54,261 nt of DNA from Nocardioidaceae bacterium. Lineage in GTDB: Bacteria > Actinomycetota > Actinomycetes > Propionibacteriales > Nocardioidaceae. Below are positions 49,220 to 54,261 of the stretch, in pieces (within the stretch, counting starts at the first letter, position 1; each line of letters begins with the position of its first letter). A program made the position numbers and the translations under genes. The notes below the pieces were generated by a model. The model saw only the letters and a program-made list of their open reading frames with translations. It was not told where the DNA came from and searched no databases. The stretch lies in NCBI GenBank assembly GCA_035249775.1, contig DATFGA010000295.1, positions 1 to 54,261 of the forward strand, in the 5' to 3' direction.

Positions 49220-49659
49220 TCGGCTGCCGCCGCGGCATCAACGGGCGTGACCTCGCCAGGCCGGACTACCTGGCCGCAGGCCCGGCAGGCCAGGACCGCG
49301 TGGTACTCCGCCCCGCAGGCGTGCTGAAACGTCAACGGCGGTCCGGACTCGTCCGCCAGATGACGGTCGCCGAACTCACGCATCATCACGACGATCGGTC
49401 CGAGCGAGCGACCGAGGTCGGTGAGGTGGTACTCGAAGCGCGGCGGACGATCCATGTACTGCACGCGTGTGACGAATCCTTCGGTCTCCAAGGTCCGCAG
49501 GCGTGTGGTCAGGATGTCGCGCGGGGCACCGGTGCGGCTCGCGATCGCATCGAAACGGTGATTGCCTAGCAGCAGCTCTCGTACGACGAGCAGGGTCCAC
49601 TTCGCCCCGACGAGCTCGAGCGTGCGTGCAACCGAACAGGTCCGAACCTGGGCTTCCAT
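49216..49659 (-). CDS. HxlR family winged-helix regulator
   Basis: CSVARTLELVGAKWTLL, RFEYHLT..G. Confidence 0.9.
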   Translation of the reverse strand: MEAQVRTCSVARTLELVGAKWTLLVVRELLLGNHRFDAIASRTGAPRDILTTRLRTLETEGFVTRVQYMDRPPRFEYHLTDLGRSLGPIVVMMREFGDRHLADESGPPLTFQHACGAEYHAVLACRACGQVVRPGEVTPVDAAAAAE

Positions 49660-49675
49660 GCCCCTCACCCTAGGC

Positions 49676-49704
49676 GAGTTTGACTTCACAACCAACTCAG
49701 TTGG
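49676..49704. promoter_or_regulatory. Operator-like palindromes between hxlR and the PaaI gene
   Basis: GAGTT-N13-AACTC and an overlapping CCAACT-C-AGTTGG. Confidence 0.45.
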
Positions 49705-49761
49705 CTTTTCCTACGCACCCGGTCTATGGTCGACGCCACAGTCGAGACATGAAGGATCCCC

Positions 49762-50283
49762 ATGACCCAGAACGTGACGTCCGAGCCATCCGAGGCGGTG
49801 CGCGAACGCACCTACTCGTGGGGCGATCCCCAAGTCTTCGCCACCGCGGCACGAGAGCTCGATGGACTCGATTTCTTCGCCCAACTGGGAGATGGCAAGT
49901 TCCCATCACCGCCGATCAACCAGACCCTCGGCATGGCCCTGGTTGAAGTCGGGGACGGCCGCGCCGTCTTCGAACTCACCCCCGAGGAATGGCACTACAA
50001 CCCGATCGGCAGCGTGCACGGCGGCATCCTGGCAACCCTCGCGGACTCGGCCCTGGGCTGCGCCGTGCACACCAAGCTGAGTGCCGGCACCGGGTAAACG
50101 TCCCTCGACCTGACCATCAAGTTCACCCGGGCAGCCACCTTGGACAGCGGCACCCTCACCTGTGAAGGACACGTCGTGACCATCGGGCGCCGAACAGCCA
50201 CAGCCGAAGCCCAGATCACCGACAAGACCGGTCGGGTCATCGGCCACGCCGTCGCAACCTGCCTCATCATCGCGGGGAGCTGA
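49762..50283 (+). pseudogene. PaaI family thioesterase with an internal nonsense codon
   Basis: NPIGSVHGG..D motif. TAA at 50095-50097 where GY-TSLDL is expected. The frame continues TSLDLTIKF...ATCLIIAGS*. Confidence 0.85.
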
Positions 50284-50466
50284 ACTGTCGGACAACGCCT
50301 ATCAGCGTTTCCGACGCCTTCGCGAGGTGCGCCGTGACCCACCGGCAAGTGATTGGTCCTCCATCGTCAGCCGCCACCATTTTCAGTATCCGCACCCCGG
50401 CACTGGCCTGCCCACCCCTGTCTGCTCGTCTCGTTGGACATCGTTGGATCTCCACGGCCCCGAGAC

Positions 50467-50673
50467 CTCAACAGCCGTGGCGTCACGTGGCGCGGCGTCT
50501 ACGACGGGGGCGAACAGGAGCGCACCGTCGCTGCGAAGTACCGGAGCGGGAGCAACAGCACGAAAGCCACTTGGCCTCGCACCTCCCGCGTCCTCCGCGC
50601 GATAGCGGGGTCTTACGAACGAGACGCAAAGCGCGAAGACCTCGAGGCCGAGCTCGACGCTGATCGGCCCTGA
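50467..50673 (+). pseudogene. C-terminal remnant of a large hypothetical protein
   Basis: NSRGVTWRGVYDGGEQER..AKY...WPRTSRVLRAIAGSYERDAKRED, with no credible start. Confidence 0.55.
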
Positions 50674-50922
50674 CCCCGAGCCATGCCAGCCCGCGGCCGA
50701 TCAACCTGCTGTCGAGCTTCCTGCGGCTCTCCGGTCATTGACCGATTCGGCGTTTGAGTCCTTTCGCCTCTGGGGTCCTGTCACGGACGTCTGAGCGGCA
50801 CCACAGCGGGATTATTTTGGGCGGCCGAACGGCCAGATCGAGCCCCATCCCGCTGAAATTCTTGCGGACTGTGTGCGGACTGGGAGGGTCACACCCCCTC
50901 TGACCTGCGCAAACGCACCGAT

Positions 50923-51999
50923 TCACACGTTGAAGCGGAACTCCACGACGTCGCCGTCTGCCATCACGTAGTCCTTGCCCTCCATGCGGACCTTGCCGGC
51001 CGCCTTGGCAGCGTTCATCGATCCGGCCTCGACCAGGTCGTCGAACGACACGATCTCGGCCTTGATGAAGCCCCGCTGGAAGTCGGTGTGGATCACGCCG
51101 GCCGCCTCAGGAGCCGTTGCTCCCTTGGGGATCGTCCACGCGCGGGACTCCTTCGGGCCGGCGGTGAGGTAGGTCTGCAGGCCCAGGGTGTCGAAACCGA
51201 CCCGAGCCAGGTTGTCGAGGCCGGGCTCGTCGATGCCCATCTCGGCGAGCATCTCGCGCGCTTCGTCCTCGTCGTCGAGCTCGACCAGCTCCGCCTCGAA
51301 CTTCGCGTCCAGGAAGATCGCCTCCGCGGGCGCCACGAGCTCCTGCATCTTCTGCCTCAACGAGTCGTCGGCGAGCTCGTCGCTGTCGCAGTTGAACACG
51401 TAGATGTAGGGCTTCGCGGTCATCAGCATGAGCTCGCGCAGCAGCGCCTTGTCGATCGAGGTGGCCAGGATCGGCGTACCCGACTCCAACGCCTCCTTGG
51501 CCTCCTTCACCGCCTCCAGGATCGCGGCGTTCTCCTTCTTCAGCCGCGCCTCCTTCTCCAACCTGGGCAGCGCCTTGTCGACGGTCTGCAGGTCGGCCAG
51601 GATCAGCTCGGTCTGGATCGTGGAGATGTCGTTGGCCGGGTTCACGGCGCCGTCGACGTGGGTCACGTCCTCGTCGCGGAACACCCGGGTCACCTGGCAG
51701 ATCGCGTCGGACTCGCGGATGTGCGAGAGGAACTTGTTGCCCAGTCCCTCCCCCTCGGAGGCACCCTTGACGATCCCGGCGATGTCGACGAACTGCACGG
51801 TCGCCGGCAGCTGTTTGGCGGAACCGAAGATCTCCGCGAGCTTGGCCAGCCGGGCGTCGGGCACACCGACCACGCCGACGTTCGGCTCGATCGTCGCGAA
51901 CGGGTAGTTCGCTGCGAGGACGTCGTTCTTGGTCAGTGCGTTGAAGAGCGTGGACTTGCCCGCGTTGGGAAGCCCGACGATTCCGATGGTGAGTGCCAC
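50923..51999 (-). CDS. ychF: Ribosome-binding ATPase YchF
   Basis: GIVGLPNAGKS, ANYPFATIEPN, DIAG, TGS domain, ends EFRFNV. Confidence 0.97.
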   Translation of the reverse strand: MALTIGIVGLPNAGKSTLFNALTKNDVLAANYPFATIEPNVGVVGVPDARLAKLAEIFGSAKQLPATVQFVDIAGIVKGASEGEGLGNKFLSHIRESDAICQVTRVFRDEDVTHVDGAVNPANDISTIQTELILADLQTVDKALPRLEKEARLKKENAAILEAVKEAKEALESGTPILATSIDKALLRELMLMTAKPYIYVFNCDSDELADDSLRQKMQELVAPAEAIFLDAKFEAELVELDDEDEAREMLAEMGIDEPGLDNLARVGFDTLGLQTYLTAGPKESRAWTIPKGATAPEAAGVIHTDFQRGFIKAEIVSFDDLVEAGSMNAAKAAGKVRMEGKDYVMADGDVVEFRFNV

Positions 52000-52092
52000 G
52001 TGCGGCAACTTTACGTGGCGAGGCGGCCCACCGACGAATCGGCGTACGACGGACGCGGCGGCCGCCGGCGATGCACCTCCTAAGGTTGCCGC

Positions 52093-52884
52093 ATGCGCAT
52101 CGCGACCTGGAACGTGAACTCCATCCGCTCCCGCATCGGCAGGGTGGAGGCGTTCTTGCAGCGTCACGAGATCGACGTCCTCGCGATCCAGGAGACCAAG
52201 GCCCGCGACGACCAGTGGCCGTTGATGGGGTTGGAGGCGCTCGGCTACGAGGTGGCCACCTGCGGCTACAACCAGTGGAACGGGGTGGCCGTCGCCTCGC
52301 GGGTGGGGCTGTCCGACGTACGCCTGGGGTTCGAGGGGATGCCGCAGTGGGGCGAGCCGCTCGCCGACGAGGCGCGGGCGGTCGCGGCGACCTGCGCCGG
52401 CGTCCAGGTCTGGTCGCTGTACGTGCCCAACGGCCGTGCGCTCGGTGATCCGCACCTGGACTACAAGCTGCGCTGGCTCGACGCGTTGCGCGCCACCGCG
52501 CAGGGCTGGCTGGCCGAGAACCGCGAGGCGCAGATCGCGCTCACCGGCGACTGGAACATCGCCCCCAGGGACGAGGACGTCTTCGACATCAGCCGGTTCA
52601 CCACCAGCACCCATGTCTCGCCACCGGAGCGGGCCGCCTTCCACGCGATCGAGCAGGCGGGGTACGCCGACCTGGTCCGCCCGCACCAGCCAGGGCCGGA
52701 CGTGTTCACCTACTGGGACTACTACCGGCAGCGGTTCGAGCGCAACCGCGGGATGCGCATCGACTTCATCCTCGGGTCACCGGCTCTCGAGAAGCGGGTC
52801 ACCGGCGCCATGATCGACCGGGACGAGCGGGCCGGCCAGGGTGCCAGCGACCATGCGCCGGTGATCGTCGACCTCGCCGACTGA
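52093..52884 (+). CDS. xth: Exodeoxyribonuclease III
   Basis: ATWNVNSIR, QETK, YVPNG, GDWN, RIDF, SDHAP. Confidence 0.95.
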   Translation: MRIATWNVNSIRSRIGRVEAFLQRHEIDVLAIQETKARDDQWPLMGLEALGYEVATCGYNQWNGVAVASRVGLSDVRLGFEGMPQWGEPLADEARAVAATCAGVQVWSLYVPNGRALGDPHLDYKLRWLDALRATAQGWLAENREAQIALTGDWNIAPRDEDVFDISRFTTSTHVSPPERAAFHAIEQAGYADLVRPHQPGPDVFTYWDYYRQRFERNRGMRIDFILGSPALEKRVTGAMIDRDERAGQGASDHAPVIVDLAD

Positions 52885-52886
52885 GC

Positions 52887-52970
52887 AGCGGCCGTTCGGA
52901 CGTGCAACCCTCCCCGGTCGACGCGAGGGAACCCGCGGTTCCGGGAAGGTTGCACGTCGGTGCGGCCGCT
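52887..52970. repeat. Long imperfect intergenic inverted repeat (REP-like)
   Basis: AGCGGCCG..GACGTGCAACC / GGTTGCACGTC..CGGCCGCT. Confidence 0.65.
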
Positions 52971-53012
52971 GAGGTACCAGGAAATGTCGGCGCACTCGGT
53001 CACCATGAGCAC

Positions 53013-54167
53013 ATGGAGCTCAACACGGTGTTCTCGCTGCTTCTCGTCCTGGTCGTCGGCGTCGCGCTCGGCGTGGCCGGCGGACTGCTCTGGGCACGCG
53101 CCCGCGCGGTGACTGCGGCGGAGCGGACCTCCCGCCTCGAGATCGAGTCCCGCGCCGCGGACCAGGCCGTCGTCAAGGCCGGCCTCGACCGGTTGCACGA
53201 CCAGATGCGCGAGCTCGACCAGCACCGGGTCTCCTGGCAGAGCCAGCTCAAGCAGCAGGTCGACGAGGTCCGCCACTCCACCGACTCGCTGCGGCGGGAG
53301 ACCACCGCGCTGTCCACCGCGCTGCGCAAGCCGCAGGTCCGCGGCCGCTGGGGCGAGCTGCATCTGCGGCGCGCGGTCGAGATCGCCGGCCTGGTCTCGC
53401 GGTGCGACTTCGCGGAACAGGTGTCCGTGCGCAGCGACGACGGGCTGCTCCGGCCCGACCTCGTAGTGAACCTCGCCGGCGGCAAGAGCGTGGTCGTGGA
53501 CGCCAAGGTGCCGCTCGACGCGTTCCTGGACGCGACCGGCGCCGACACCGACGACGAACGCGACGCCCACCTGGCCCGGCACGCCCGCCAGCTCCGGGCC
53601 CATGTCGACGCGCTCAGCGCCAAGGGCTACTGGCGGTCCCTGCCGGCCACCCCGGAGTTCGTGGTGCTCTTCGTGCCGGGCGAGTCGTTCCTGTCCGCCG
53701 CCCTCGAGTCCGAGCCGACGCTGCTGGAGTACGCCGCCACCCGGCAGGTCGTGCTCTCGACGCCCACCACGCTGATCGCCCTGCTGCGCACGGTCGCCTA
53801 CGCGTGGACCCAGGAGGCGCTCGCCGACAAGGCCCGCGACATCCATGCGCTGGGCCGCGACCTCTACGACCGGCTCGGGTCGTTGGGCGCCCATCTCGAC
53901 AAGCTCGGTCGCTCGTTGACGTCGGCGGTGAGCAGCTACAACAAGGCGGTCGGCTCGTTGGAGACCCGGGTGCTGGTCTCGGCCCGCCGGTTCGCCGAGC
54001 TCGAGGTCAGCGACCGGGACCTCGTGTCACCGGCGCCGGTGTCGGACTCGGCGCGCCCGTTGACCGCGGCGGAACTGATGGATGCGGTCGCCGAGCATCG
54101 GGAGCCGTTCCTGGTCGAGGAGCCGGGTCCGCGCGCGCACGACCGGTCGCTGCGCGCCGCGGACTGA
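53013..54167 (+). CDS. rmuC: DNA recombination protein RmuC
   Basis: N-terminal TM, coiled coil, RGRWGE, RPD, VDAK, PEFVVLFVPGE. Confidence 0.93.
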   Translation: MELNTVFSLLLVLVVGVALGVAGGLLWARARAVTAAERTSRLEIESRAADQAVVKAGLDRLHDQMRELDQHRVSWQSQLKQQVDEVRHSTDSLRRETTALSTALRKPQVRGRWGELHLRRAVEIAGLVSRCDFAEQVSVRSDDGLLRPDLVVNLAGGKSVVVDAKVPLDAFLDATGADTDDERDAHLARHARQLRAHVDALSAKGYWRSLPATPEFVVLFVPGESFLSAALESEPTLLEYAATRQVVLSTPTTLIALLRTVAYAWTQEALADKARDIHALGRDLYDRLGSLGAHLDKLGRSLTSAVSSYNKAVGSLETRVLVSARRFAELEVSDRDLVSPAPVSDSARPLTAAELMDAVAEHREPFLVEEPGPRAHDRSLRAAD

Positions 54168-54261
54168 CCACTCCCCCCGGGTCAGCGGGGCAGCGGTTTC
54201 GGAGCACGTGCGGCGCGTCGCGGTGCGCGTCCGTGAAACGGGCCATAACTTGGGACCGTGA

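Larger units (their letters stand above)
43080..50941. mobile_element. Genomic island integrated at the ychF 3' end, no integrase gene
   Basis: Flanking 19-bp direct repeat, paired TGCGGAC repeats and a TCTGACCT motif inside both ends, accessory and decayed cargo. Confidence 0.8.

Noticed and set aside
1-54261. tRNA, rRNA, CRISPR array or prophage genes
   Set aside because: None recognised by eye. A tRNAscan-SE/Infernal run would be needed to exclude small RNAs.

Overview
High-GC actinobacterial chromosomal segment, probably Nocardioidaceae-like (inferred from gene content, not searched). It has about 55 CDSs. Housekeeping genes include lexA with SOS boxes, a LysM cell-division-inhibitor-like gene, hsp20/MerR, dinG, phoX, fused secDF, xylA, serA, an RNase HI, ychF, xth and rmuC. 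No rRNA, tRNA or CRISPR array was seen. Two mobile structures can be resolved to the base. (1) An IS110-family element (30444-31962, TG core) sits 2 nt upstream of the xylA start codon. Its circle junction would rebuild TTGACA-N17-TACCTT. Its left non-coding end carries four segments matching the target and donor halves, and their order and polarity fit the IS621 bridge-RNA layout only on the antisense strand. A 507-codon antisense ORF starts at the right boundary and ends overlapping the xylA start, as IS900 hed does. Together this suggests a host-promoter-driven antisense bridge RNA (hypothesis). (2) A ~7.8 kb integrase-less island is integrated at the ychF 3' end, with an 18/19-bp direct repeat and arm-type repeats. 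It carries AraC/atypical MBL/SDR and HxlR/MFS/oxidoreductase modules and decayed genes. Other oddities are a Zn-finger RNase HI beside an NYN nuclease and a Zn-finger Mrr_N-like protein, an RSPP-ending small ORF after hsp20, and an SDR wedged between lexA and its LysM partner.
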